Assembly (NCBI GenBank): GCA_964016885.1
Contig: OZ024740.1
Span: 124,806,001 to 124,870,000 of the forward strand
Length of the DNA: 64,000 nucleotides
Source: Eledone cirrhosa
Taxonomy: Eukaryota
Direction of reading: 5' to 3'
Shown here: in pieces, positions 38,202 through 49,991 of the stretch
Layout of the letters: each line of letters opens with the position of its first letter
Numbering within the stretch: the stretch's first letter is position 1
Made by a program: the position numbers and the translations under genes
Notes under the pieces: generated by a model
What the model saw: only the letters and a program-made list of their open reading frames with translations
The model's database searches: none
What the model was told of the DNA's origin: nothing

Positions 38202-38806
38202 CCTGAGTCTATTATAATAACCCACAGTAATGCACTGGGTAATTGCTGGCCTTGTGCCAAAAGTAGAAACAATTATTAACTGTCAATAAATCAGCTAATC
38301 ACTGAATCAACATCATAACCTCCTAACTTTTCTTTCTTTCACTCTCTTTCCCTAAAACTATTTCACTTCTTCCATTATATCCTATCGTATTCTCTTCAGT
38401 TCTAACATAACTTCCAATTTATTAATTTATTAATTTATCCTGTATTTAGCACTGTACTATTTCTTCATAATATAATTTAACCAATACACATATATGTATA
38501 TATTTAGTATTTTCATGTTTATACCATCACATCTTTATATGACTCCATTTATACTATAAACGTGGTTTTGTCATTGCGTGTAATTGTTCTCATTGTTCCA
38601 CATAACGACACATTATCTTCGCTTTTTTCTGTTCATTGCCAGGGAACGTCTTCACGAACTAGTATTGTTTTCCTGTTTTTCTTCGGTTGCAACGATTTTC
38701 GAAATATTTACTTCTGCGTTCACAGGTTTATTTTTTTACTTTCAGAAGATCCCATAAAGAATGAATAATAACAGGTAGACATCATAAAAAGGTAATTTAT
38801 TCTGTG

Positions 38807-38918
38807 TGCTTACAAATGTTTCCACGGTGGTTATACAGCCTAGTTATGCTATGTGAAAATGTATAACTATTTGCAAAACTCAATTATCAAATGCTGTGAC
38901 CACTGTATCCTCATAGCA
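38807..38918 (-). ncRNA. Hammerhead ribozyme motif with a long stem II and a core mutation
   Basis: Minus strand: TGCT-ATGAGGA-TACAGTGGT..ACCACCGTG-GAAAC-ATTT-GTA-AGCA. Stem I is TGCT/AGCA and C3 is changed to A. Confidence 0.6.
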
Positions 38919-39220
38919 GAATGGTTAAAATGTAAAATGTAAATACCCTTAAGGGAAGTTATTGGGGAAGATAGAGTAGAAAAGGAAGAGAGAAAAGGGG
39001 GGGGGGGATGTAGGGATTGGAGAAATGGGAGAGAGTGGTTTGTAGAATACAGATATCTTAATCAAAATGTTGTGTAGGGGTTTTATTATACTGGTTACTC
39101 TGAAAGCGACAATCTTAAGCGATGCGTTGATAATTAAGGTTGGAATTATTTATTGCCACAGAGGGCAGGTTTATAGATGTGAAGAGAGGGAGTACTGCAT
39201 CCAGGATTATCCTATACCTA

Positions 39221-39259
<39 letters not shown>

Positions 39260-39782
39260 TTTCATGTTATAAAAGCACTATAGACATATTAATAGATCAT
39301 TTTTCATGGGTCGTGGTCTAGTTTAGTCACATTTCACTGGCTGAAATAACCAAATTTTAAAAGAATATATATACAGATGTATAAACATAGACACAAAAGT
39401 GAGTTGGCCTATGATAAGCTGCGCAACTTATGGCAGCATAGAAAAACAAATGCTATATAATAATGATAAATACAGGTGTCATAGAGGTTTGATATTTATA
39501 TTAACAATTAATAATTAAATCTGCATTACTGGATGTTTCTAAAAGGTTAAATATCCTTTAGATACTGTTGATATAAGTGGCAAAGCCATAAGAATTCTCA
39601 ATAAAGGCTGAGTGCCTTTGGATTATGTATAACTCTCATCTAATCACCTGCAGGAGGGTGACTATTTGGTGCTGGAGTGACTGCTAAACCTGGAACAACT
39701 CTCTTACTTAAGTTACGTGATTAGTCCCTACATTTTAAAATTTTCTATAGAAGTTCAGTAAAGCTTCGGGAAATCTATGAAA

Positions 39783-39968
39783 TAATTGTTTCTACTTTTG
39801 GCACAAGGCCAGCAATTATCCCAATGTATTACTGGTACTTTATTTTATCGACCCCGTAAGGATGAAAGGCAAAGTTAACCTCGGCAGGATTTGAACTCAG
39901 ACCATAACGGGCCGTAACTCTTTGCTGCAAAGCATGGCGTCCGACCCTCTACCGATATTGCCAATCCA
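39783..39968 (-). mobile_element. tRNA-derived SINE (ATT-tailed family)
   Basis: Full match to the other copies. Confidence 0.9.
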
Positions 39969-40879
39969 ACAAGCTAGAGCCATCTACTAACATAAATTAC
40001 TCAATAGAGAGCTCTGATGACAACAAACGTATGGAGGTTCAGTCTTCCTGTTAAAAGATTTATCAGAGAATCAAAAACAGTGGTTATGCACTCTAGGGTA
40101 ATGAAGAAGGTTCTTGTAGAGTATGCTCCAGTTTATATGAAGAAGATAACTTCTCTTGTCATGAAATCCCCAGATAAAACGGGATATGGAAGTGAATTTT
40201 CTCTGATAGAGAGAAGCTTTGCTTGATATAATTGGCTGGAGGGCGATTGTAATTCTTCACAACACAAATACATGGAGGAGAGTAGCCCTATAAACTACTG
40301 CCTTGAATAGGCAGAATCTTGTAGGCAGAGTCTTGTTCTCTCAGTTGTTTCATAGCATGAAAACTGGGATAAACACTAGCCTGATGTGTTGTTATGCTTG
40401 AGACAGACTTCAGACGTTTTCAGGGGAAGGTTCCCCAAATTTTCAAAGGCCAGTCATGATCAAGCAGACCGCTGTGTCATTCTGTTTTCGTTTCTGGCAC
40501 AATATACTTAGGATTACATATTCTGATATATTCAACCGTTTTCTAGAACTTATGCAGAAGTTTCAAAGAAATTTGTCTGCTATTTTCAACGGGTTGAGTG
40601 ACTACATAGTGGCTTGTTCATTGGCTAGTCAACTGAATTCTTTAAGAATAAGATGTCTTAACAAGAGAGTCAGTTCCCTACTGATGGTGTAACAGGAACT
40701 CTGGTTATTTCAGTCAGTCCACTTACACACTAACAATTGAACTAAATGTAATTCACATATTTATGTAGGAACCAAACATACCAGTTAATATTCTAATTTT
40801 CAAAATTTATCCAATGAAGGCAGAAACTGTGGGGGAGGAATTATAATTGATAATGAAAAGTAGTAATATTAGATATAAT

Positions 40880-41793
40880 TTGAAAAGTCTTCAAGCACTC
40901 ACAGCTCTCAGCCACTCAGTTAATATGATCGGTGGAAACTATACCTTAGCGTTCTATAGAGGGTTAGTGGAGGGTAAGTGTGATGAGGTCCCTGGGGAAA
41001 ATCTGAGAATTGATGAAAATCAACTGGCCACTCTTTTCCAGAGGACCTTTGGTTCAGGGCCCATGGAGAACTTCCAGATATCCCTGGCCTGTAGATAATC
41101 TCTACAGGCATGGAAATGCTGTCAGCCAGGTCTGTTAGAGGTACGTGGATCACAATGAAACTGTGCTGCATGCACTCATCAAGTGTCTGAGTTTTGTTGA
41201 CCTATGGGTTTATGTCAAACCCCTGCTGTTACGCGTAGGACGGATCCAACTATCAACTGAGCCGATTGTGAAGATCACCCCATCGTCTTCCCTTAGAGGA
41301 GAAAGACAGGCAGTTTTTATCTGCCTGGTAGCCATGATAAAAGATGTGATGGATGTGTTTGAAAGGGTTGAAGACAGACATTTTTCTCTTCAGTTAATCC
41401 GTGATTAATCTTTTCAGGTTTCACCTGAAGAGGAAAATCAGGGTGCAGAGGGAAGTGCTGCCTTCCAACCAGTTTGTTGAAAGTTGCGTGAGGTTGGCAA
41501 GCATGGTCTGTGTGAATGGGCCTGCCTTAGGCATACGCCTGTGGATTCGAAGAGAACAACTGGGAGAGCGCAATTTTGCTCTAGCAGACAGGGTGACCGT
41601 GGCATTTTGTGAGATTTCTACACAAGTAACTTTGGTTTTTCCTCACCTCTAGGGAATTTGTTATGTTTGTTTCTTAAATGTTTATTTTCTTAGTCTCTGT
41701 TATAACTTATATTTTACACAAAAAACCCACACTGCATCATCGTGTACCATCGTTAATGTTTCCTTAATGTGACCCCGGTGTGGCTAATAAAGA
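40880..41793 (+). mobile_element. Decayed Tx1 3' fragment (family C)
   Basis: LAFYRGLVEGK, NETVLHAL, FHLKRKIRV; ends GTGTGGCTAATAAAG-ATATTATT. Confidence 0.85.
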
Positions 41794-41808
41794 TATTATT
41801 ATCATTAT

Positions 41809-44160
41809 TGGTATTTTTATTATAATAATTGTGGAAGTATACACGTCGCAGAAAATTTTGCTCCAGTATGTTTGTGATTTTTTTAACAGTTTTTATTGTG
41901 ATTATATTGTAAAATGTTATATTGTTTTGCATTTAAACACATCCCTCTTCTCTTGAGGTAGTCGAAATTAATTGGTATTTAGCCCTTTGGGGCTAAATTT
42001 TCAATTTAAACTTTACATTTAGCAAATATGCCCACAAAAAGAAAAAGAAAAAATGTTTAAAATTGAGTCAGTCAGGAAAACCTTTCTCTACCTTGTCTTG
42101 CCTCAAAGCTTTGATCTTCACCAAGCTGTCAGCATGCAATTTCGCTTTTCTCGCTTTCTTTTTCATCAAGCAGCAAGTCAACAGCCACTTTACCAAACAG
42201 TCAGACTTTTTCATCTTCTTGTGACAGTCAGGCAAAAGCGTTTTCACCTACTTCTTCATCAAGTGGCAGTCAGGAAACGGCTGCTGGTGATACATTTGGC
42301 CATAAGGAAGGCATTTATGAGAACGTCACTGACACTGCCAGTGCCCCCACTACAGCAGCGCATGGTTGTGGAGATGCTGCTACAAAAGGCCACACTAACA
42401 GCAACAACGGCAACAAGGTAAGTAGCAGCAGTAGAAGCAGCAACAACAACACTGGTAGTAGCAGTAGCAGCAGCAGCAGCAGCAACACCAATAACACCAG
42501 TAGAAGCAGTAGTAGCAGCAACAGCACTAACAACAAGAACAGTTGAAGCAGTAGCAGCAACAACAATGGTGCTGGGGCAAAAGGGACCATTTCTTTTGTG
42601 GGGGGGGGGGATATAGAGACAGTGATAGTCATGGAGGAGGAGATAGCGGTTGCAAGGGCCATGTTAACTAGAGTAGCAAATCCAGTCTCACTGAAACCTC
42701 CACCCGAATTTCTCAAAAAATTGCACCGGGTGGAAAGAACCATGGAGGCTCCAATTCAAAAGTTTTCAGGATACATGTGGGCAAGCAAAACCCACATCGC
42801 ACGAGGTAAAAAGTATGCCACCTAGAAATGGGTCAAGAGAGAGCTGTCCCTGAACGATCAGGCGGAGGTGGAGAATGCATGCATCGCATCCGTCATCCGC
42901 TACTCCCTGACTGTCGTGATTGCCACGACCCAACTCTAATCAAAATGAAGGGCTTCCTATCCACTTTTTGTGGAAGAGACGTGCTCCCATGGTCAGATTA
43001 TCCATCTATTGTCAACACCCATTGCAGGGAGGACTGGGCATGCCATGGCTGATGACGTGCAAACATGCACTGAGGCTGAAACATCTCTGGTGCTTCCTTG
43101 ATGGGGAACAGGTGTGGTCGCCTTTTGCCAGACACGTTTTCCCCCAGCTCATCACCTTGATGGAGCTGCAATCCAGGTCAAGAAAAGACCAAAAGATAGC
43201 ACTTAGAGGCTGGAATGTCTCCAAATGCTCACCACCCTCTACCAGCTGAGCACTAGTATCTTTGGAACATCCACCCCAGCGTTTTTAGAGGACTAGTGGA
43301 GGGGAAGAGCAACAACATTCTTTGGAAGTCCCTGGGCATCAAAGAGGATCAGCTCTTCACTCTCTTTAAAAGAACTTTCAGCCTGGGGCCTATGGATAAC
43401 TTCCAGAAATCCCTGGCCTGGCAGTGTTACCGGGAAGCGTTGCTGGTTCGGGATAAGCTCGACAGGCACGGAAATGCTGTCAGCCAAGCCTGTCCGAGAT
43501 GTGCGCAGGGTGACGAAACTATCGTGCACAAACTCGTTCAGTGCCCGAGTATTGCTGACTTGTGGGGCTATGTCGAACAGTTGCTGTTGCATGTAGGACG
43601 GATCCGGTTATGGACTGAGTCCATTGTGCAGATAGCCCCACCGTCCTACTTTAAGGAGAATGAAGGGCAGGCAGTTTTCACCTGCCTGGTGGCCATGGCC
43701 AAAGAGATTGTGTGGTGGACAAGGTTGAAATGATTAAAGATGGACAATTTCCCCTCTGGCGAATCCCTGATTAAATTTTTCAAGTTGCACTTGAAGAGAA
43801 AAATCAGGTTGGAGAGGCAAGTGCTGACTTCTAATAAGTTTGTTGAAAGGTGGGTGAAAGTGGCGAGCCTGGTCTGAGTGAACAGGCTTACTCTGAGTAT
43901 GTATCTGTAGACTGAGGAGTGGGTGAACTGAGAGAGGGCGCTTGCCTTAATGGTCAGGGAGGGCGTGATCTTCTGTGTGGTTTTTGCCACGAGTGACTCT
44001 CGTAGGTTTCCCCCATTTTCGGGAATTTTCGTTGCTTGAATTTCTTTTGATTTGTTTTTAGACATTTCTATCTTGTTATAACCTTTTTACATAGCCAAAA
44101 CCATTTTGTGCCGTCTGTAATGTTTTTCTTCATGTTAGCCCCTGTGGCCAATAAAGTAAC
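41809..44160 (+). mobile_element. Internally deleted Tx1 element (5' UTR and ORF1 start joined to the ORF2 C-terminus)
   Basis: The ORF1-like MWASKTHIARGKKYAT jumps at ~42826 to KWVKRELSL..AEV. Contains CPRCAQGDET and ends GCCCCTGTGGCCAATAAAG before (ATT)n. Confidence 0.8.
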
Positions 44161-44190
<30 letters not shown>

Positions 44191-44191
<1 letters not shown>

Positions 44192-44812
44192 TCATTTATC
44201 TTGCTTTACGTTCATACGAGTTATTACCAAGTCACAACCAGTGACCTCAAGAGACAACAAGGTCCGCCATGTTCAAGAAAGAACACACATACACACACAT
44301 GCATCTTTAGGTGTTTAGACTTGTGATGTACTTATATTGACAGAATCTTCCTTAGTATATGGGCAGTTCCCATTAGTACTACCTTTTGTATTTCTTCTAT
44401 ACGTGGGTTTCTTGGGATTTGGGATAAGTAATCATTAGATCCCCTTAGGTATCATTCCTAGAGCGCCTACAACCAATGGTATTGTTTTAGTTCTCAACTT
44501 CCACATTTTTCCAATCTCTATCTCCAGGTCTTTATACTTGCTCAATTTTTCAAATTTTTTTATAGATACTTTCTTGTCTATTGGAACGGGCATATCAATT
44601 AGCAGGCATACCCTCTTTTTAAACTCCTTCAGTATTATATCAGGTTTATTTGCATCTATTTTTTGGTCTGTTTTGATGCTAAAGTTCCACAAGATTGAGA
44701 TGTGATATTTTTCAAGTATGGGATGTGGTTGATGCTCCCACCAATTCTTTTGATGGGGCAGGTCAAAATGCTTACACATTACCCAATGTATGTATTGTGC
44801 AGCTCTGTCTAT
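44191..44812 (-). mobile_element. R4/Dong family 2 3' fragment (RLE domain + 3' UTR)
   Basis: ORF 44435-44839 is homologous to 21852-22349 and lies tail-to-tail with the Tx1 across (ATT)n. Confidence 0.9.
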
Positions 44813-44840
44813 TATTGTTATTATTATTATTATATCCACC

Positions 44841-45100
44841 AGGTCGGTGGATTAGCAGTATCGGTGGAGGGTCGCACTGGGATAATTGCTGGCCTTGTGC
44901 CAAAAGTAGAAACAATTATTATTATTATTATTATTAAGGGCGGTGGATTGGCAGTATCGGTAGAGGGTCGGATGCCATGCTTTGACGTATAGAGTTATGG
45001 CCCTTGCCATTCTGAGTTCAAATCGCGTCGAGGTTAACTTTGCCTTTCATCCTTACGTGATCGATACAATAAAGTACCAGTAATTCACTGGATAATTTAC
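44841..45100 (+). mobile_element. Two tandem ATT-tailed SINE copies (internally deleted 44841-44916; 44938-45100)
   Basis: A head directly joined to a tail, then (ATT)n, then a second head with box A and box B. Confidence 0.85.
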
Positions 45101-45107
45101 TGTCTTG

Positions 45108-45301
45108 GACCAGTAGAAGGAAGACGCAATTGAGGAAGACCATGAAAAACATGGGTGGAAGTGGTGAGAGCAGAGCTCAGATTGCTGAAGCTTACGGAGG
45201 AGATGACAAAGTACCATGACAAATGAACAGATGCCGTGCTTAATAAGACCTGTCCCAGCCTTGCAAGCAGGGAAAAGCGGACGTGAAATGATGATGATGA
45301 T
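45108..45301 (+). mobile_element. RTE 3' fragment with a (GAT)n tail
   Basis: Similar to 34758-34957. Confidence 0.85.
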
Positions 45302-46033
45302 AAAGAAATAAAAATAATCCTGATGAACCTTAAATATGCTGGAACTAGTTGGTTTGATCATCCTATCAAGCAGTGAAGTTTAATCATGGGACTCAATTTC
45401 ACAGTGACACTAAACATATGTTGTATAGAACATTCAGATCATTTTATAACAGAATAGTTATTGTTTTCAGAGAAACAGAAAGAGAGAGAAGGAAAGAGAG
45501 AAAAAACATTATTTTCTTTTTTGTAAGGAACGTCACCTGTTCATCTAATTAACAGGAACATGTGTGAATTTATTAATTTATCAAACCTATAGTAGTTTGG
45601 CAAAAAAGGAATGTAAATATAACTATTTAATTAATATTTAAAGCAAAACAGAAATTATGTGATTTATGCATGGGTGTATATTTTTGAAATAATGTTAAGG
45701 AAGTATAACTTCTGCATGTGTTTCAATGAAGCAGTTTATAGTTGATCAGACATCACTAGAAAGGGCACATTGGCTATAAAATCTCTTGCTCTACCAACTA
45801 ACTCATATTCACACATCAGAATCTGTATCAAAATGATCTCATCCATGCTAAGGATGTAAAGTTGCAAAATAAAAGAAGCATGTTTAAAATCTCGGAAGTA
45901 AATTAAGGGGATCCAAAGATGAAGAAAATATCACATCCTATAATGAAAAATTAATCATGCCTGAAAAGATTTGTTTGTGCACTGAGTTAGTATTAAAAAA
46001 TAAAGAAAAATATTATTATTATTAAAAAAAATT

Positions 46034-46222
46034 AGGGTGGTGGATTGGCAGTATTGGTAGAGGGTCGGACGCCATGCATTGATGTTACAGCTCTTGCCAT
46101 TCTGAGTTCAAATCCCGCCGAGGTTAACTTTGCCTTTCATCCTTAGGAGGTCGATAAAATAAAGTACCAGTAATGCACTGGGGTAATTGCTGGCTTTGTG
46201 CCAAAAGTAGAAACAATTATTA
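46034..46222 (+). mobile_element. tRNA-derived SINE (ATT-tailed family)
   Basis: Full copy flanked by ATTATTATT-rich direct repeats. Confidence 0.9.
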
Positions 46223-46257
46223 TTTTTAAAAATATTTTTTTAAAAATCTACTACTAT

Positions 46258-46295
<38 letters not shown>

Positions 46296-46350
46296 ATAAT
46301 AATAATACTAGTAATACTACTACTACTACTACTACCACTACTAATAATAA

Positions 46351-47317
46351 TGCTTTCTTTATTAACCACAAGGGTTTACATAAAGTAGATATTAAGGACA
46401 GTACAGGACAATACTGGACGGTACAAATGGGCATTTCTGCGTGTAAAAAAACAAAAAACAGAGGATGTAACAAAAAAGGAACAATGAAAAATTCCCCAAT
46501 AGGAGGGAGACTTCCCAGGGCCATCGTGGACAAAACCCATTAAAAAAAAGCCACGGTGAGGCTGTCCACCAGGGCAATTTACAGGCATATACTCACAGTA
46601 GGTCCATTCACTCAGGCCATTCTTGCCTCTCTCACCCATCTTTCAACAAAATGCTGGGAAGAGAGCACTTCCCTCTTTACCCTGATTTTCCTTTTCAAAT
46701 GAAATTTGAAAAGGTTAATCAGGGCATCACCGAAGAGGTAAGTGCTTGTCTTCAGCCCTTTCAGACATGTCCACCATACTATCTCTTTCGCCGTGGTCAC
46801 CAGACAGATAAAAACTGCCTTCCCTTCCCGGCTACAGGAAGAGGGCGGGACAATCCTCCTTGGATCCGTCCTATAGACAACAGCAGGTGTTCAACATAAA
46901 CTCACAAGTCAGCAATGCTCAGACACTGAACGAGTGCGTGCAGGACGGTTTCGTCACCCTGCATGCATCTCAGACATGCCCAGCTGACGGTACTTCCATG
47001 CCTGTAGAGTTTATCCCTAACTGGGAAAGTTCCTCGGTAGTACTGCCAGGCCAGGGATTTCTGGAAGTTGTCCACAGGCCTTGGCTCGAAAGTTCTCCCA
47101 AAGAGTTTGGCTAGTTGATTTTCGTCAACGCCCAGAGTCTCCTCAAGACTGCTCTACTAATCCTCTATAGAACGACAAGGTGGAGTTTCCATCGATTGCA
47201 TTGCCTGACTGGTCGAGGGCTGTAAGTGCATGAAGATATTTCAGTCTCCAAGCGCTCCCTCTTGTTCTTCGCTTGGCCCAGGACTGCAGCTCTGTCAAGG
47301 AGACGAGCTGGGAAAAA
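46351..47317 (-). mobile_element. Tx1 family A 3' fragment next to (TAC/TAA)n
   Basis: Matches 49-1050 with small deletions; 46248-46350 is TAC/TAA repeat. Confidence 0.9.
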
Positions 47318-47320
47318 ATA

Positions 47321-47677
47321 CAGGCATAGATTTGACAGATAAATATTAATAAGGTAAAACTAACCAGCTTGTTCCTCATAACTAACTGCTGAAACTCCTG
47401 TTGTTTAACCACAGGATCTAATTTTCCAATCAAACTAAATATATATTTATTAAATGCAGAGAGAAGTGTACATAGAACATTTAAACATTAAGTGAATGAA
47501 CACTCAACACACATGAGCAGAGTATAATATATATACTCTGAAGAAAAACAGTGGCAATAATTCTGAAGTTTTGACAAATGCTTTTTTTTGGCTATTTATT
47601 AAATGTACATATTTATTCACAATCTATATTGTATTCAAACTCTAGTTATTAATATTTATCTGTCAAATCTATGCCCT
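47321..47677. mobile_element. MITE with ~30 bp TIRs and TA flanks (Tc1/mariner-pogo-like)
   Basis: GGCATAGATTTGACAGATAAATATTAATAA (47323-47352) has an exact reverse complement at 47646-47675. TA is present at both ends. Confidence 0.8.
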
Positions 47678-48266
47678 TATATAAATGTTTTATACCATTC
47701 AGAATCTTGTTTACATTTATAATATGTATCTTAATAATACTATCATCTTTCAGCAACTTGAAAATAAGGGATCCTGATGATTCTTTAATAAAAGCTGAAG
47801 TTAACCAGATCAATCTTCATTCCAAGATTCCAAAATCACTCGGGTCCTAATACAGATATGACACCATATATATGTATTTATTCATAGATGACTCAAGATA
47901 ACACCCTGCCTGAAACTGCTTCAGGTTTTAGAACACAAAACTGTTTGTTTTAAAAAGTATATAATTAACAAAAAACTTTCCTTCATCATTTTATTGAGGA
48001 AACTTTATTAAGTTATGTTCTAAAGAGTAGCCTAATAGCCAGAAAGTTGGTTGTATTGTGAAATCTCTCTAAATTCATGATCAATATCAAAGTTATTTCA
48101 AAATCATAGACAGTGACTTTCATAAGAAAAATGGTAATGGAAAGGTTTAATTGTATAATAGTATAATTGTATAATAGTATTTCCAGTGTTTTCCCCATGA
48201 AAACAGAGGATCTAATTATCCGAAATAACTATAGATCTAAGTTGACTTAGGAAAAAGCATTATTTT

Positions 48267-48296
48267 ACGAGGGTAATCCCAAAAGTAAGGTCTCCA
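48267..48296 (+). mobile_element. Possible solo mariner-type terminal repeat
   Basis: TACGAGGGTAATCCCAAAAGTAAGGTCTCC resembles TA-CGAGGG mariner ends; no partner end was seen. Confidence 0.35.
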
Positions 48297-49589
48297 AAGC
48301 GATGGGGATGCAGAGAAAATGTTTGTATGGCTGTTGGCAACACTGTTGTGATGAGGAGATCAGGTACGTCTTTAAAACATACTTTCATGAATATTCTTGA
48401 TAATCAGTTCCCCTTAGTCACTAAATGTATAACAATTTCTAATTTGAGCATTCCATTCTTCCTGGAATGGATCCAACTATTTTTAGTTTCTACCAATTTG
48501 ACCAGCTGTATAAACACTAGAAAACAATACAGACTTAATTGGTGTTATATATGACTTAAAATATACCAATAAAATGTATTAGGAGTGACCAATATCAAGT
48601 TAAATTCCTGAAATTTATATATATTTTTTTTATTTCAGTGTTCTATTTTGTCTATATTTCTCAAAATATGAAATTAAAAATCTTACCAATCAAGACTAAA
48701 GCTCAGAGTTCATCAGGCAACTAGCAAAGTTGAGTAGTTGATGCTCTTGCATAGTTCCAGATCAGCATCAATTGGTCAGACCTATAGACATTTATATTAC
48801 TGTTTAGTTTTCTAGTTTAGAACAATTGTTTCTATTTTAATAGCAGAGGATATAAAAGAAATTGTGCAGAGTAATGAATATTTCAAAGGAAAAAATATAT
48901 AAATATATATCGTTTATTCTTATCGAAATAGGATTTGTGACATCCATTTTTTCCCTCAGGAAGCTGGTCATATAAGTGATGGAAAACAATTTTAAACAAG
49001 AATTGAAAATAGATTGAACATTTTGACTTGCTAAGAAATTACCATCAGTCCACAATGTTGCCCAGACTCTCTTGAGAAGTATTAAAATCAAATCAAATCA
49101 AGAGATATATTCTGCTGTCCAGAAGATTAGTCTGCTGGATACATACACATGATAACATAATACAATATGTCTGCTTACATAAACTTACACATACTTACAA
49201 AATATACATATGCACTACACATAATACATAATGTATAAATACAGATACACATATGTTTGCACATGTATTTATTCTCTGTATTAAGCAAAAGTCATAAACC
49301 TGACAATTGTCAGTAATGAAAATACAGATTTACTGCTCATTTATGAAATGATTATTTGCATTAAAAGTATTAATCCATTGATTTATTACATTAAGGTCTT
49401 AGTTTGGATATGCAAAATTAATGAGATTAGTTTGTATTAAATCTCATTAATAATTCAACATAATAACTCAGATCTAACAACAAATATTATTTCTATGAAG
49501 ATTTTTTCTTTTATTCATAAAAACTGAAGAGTTAAATATATCCACCAAAGTGGAATTCTGTTTTATATTCATTATTTTACATAGCTCGT

Positions 49590-49770
49590 GCATTGGCAGT
49601 ATCGGTAAAGGGTCAGACGCCATGCTTTCCAGCATAGTTACGTCCCTTTACGATCTGAGTTCAAATCCCGCCGAGGTTGACTTTGCCTTTCATCCTTATG
49701 GGGTCGATAAAATAAAGTACCAGTAATGCACTGGGTAATTGCTGGCCTTGTGCCTAAAGTAGAAACAATT
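49590..49770 (+). mobile_element. tRNA-derived SINE (ATT-tailed family) with a 19 bp TSD
   Basis: ATTATTTTACATAGCTCGT at 49571-49589 and 49768-49786. Confidence 0.92.
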
Positions 49771-49886
49771 ATTTTACATAGCTCGTCATATAAATGCATA
49801 CACGCATAGCCATATATAATGTTCAAAAGTCCGCTTTGCAATTAAATGGCATATTGTACATGAGTCTTCTACTATAGCATCAAAAT

Positions 49887-49991
49887 TATGATGATGATGA
49901 TGATGATGATGATGATATGATGATCATGATGACGATGATGATGATGATGATGATGATGAGGATGATTATGATGATGATGAGGAGGATGATG
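49887..49991. repeat. (GAT)n microsatellite
   Basis: Direct inspection. Confidence 0.9.

Noticed and set aside
39990-40700. Coding-like segment with a CTGATGA
   Set aside because: No paired GAAA box. Only faint LINE-like words are present (FIWG..INWSIL on minus; HNILRI on plus), too weak to call.
45315-45360. CCTGATGA motifs here and at ~47773 as hammerheads
   Set aside because: No GAAA core or supporting stems downstream.
46034-46120. tRNA genes at box A/box B motifs
   Set aside because: The boxes are too far apart, there is no acceptor stem, and each is attached to a SINE body.
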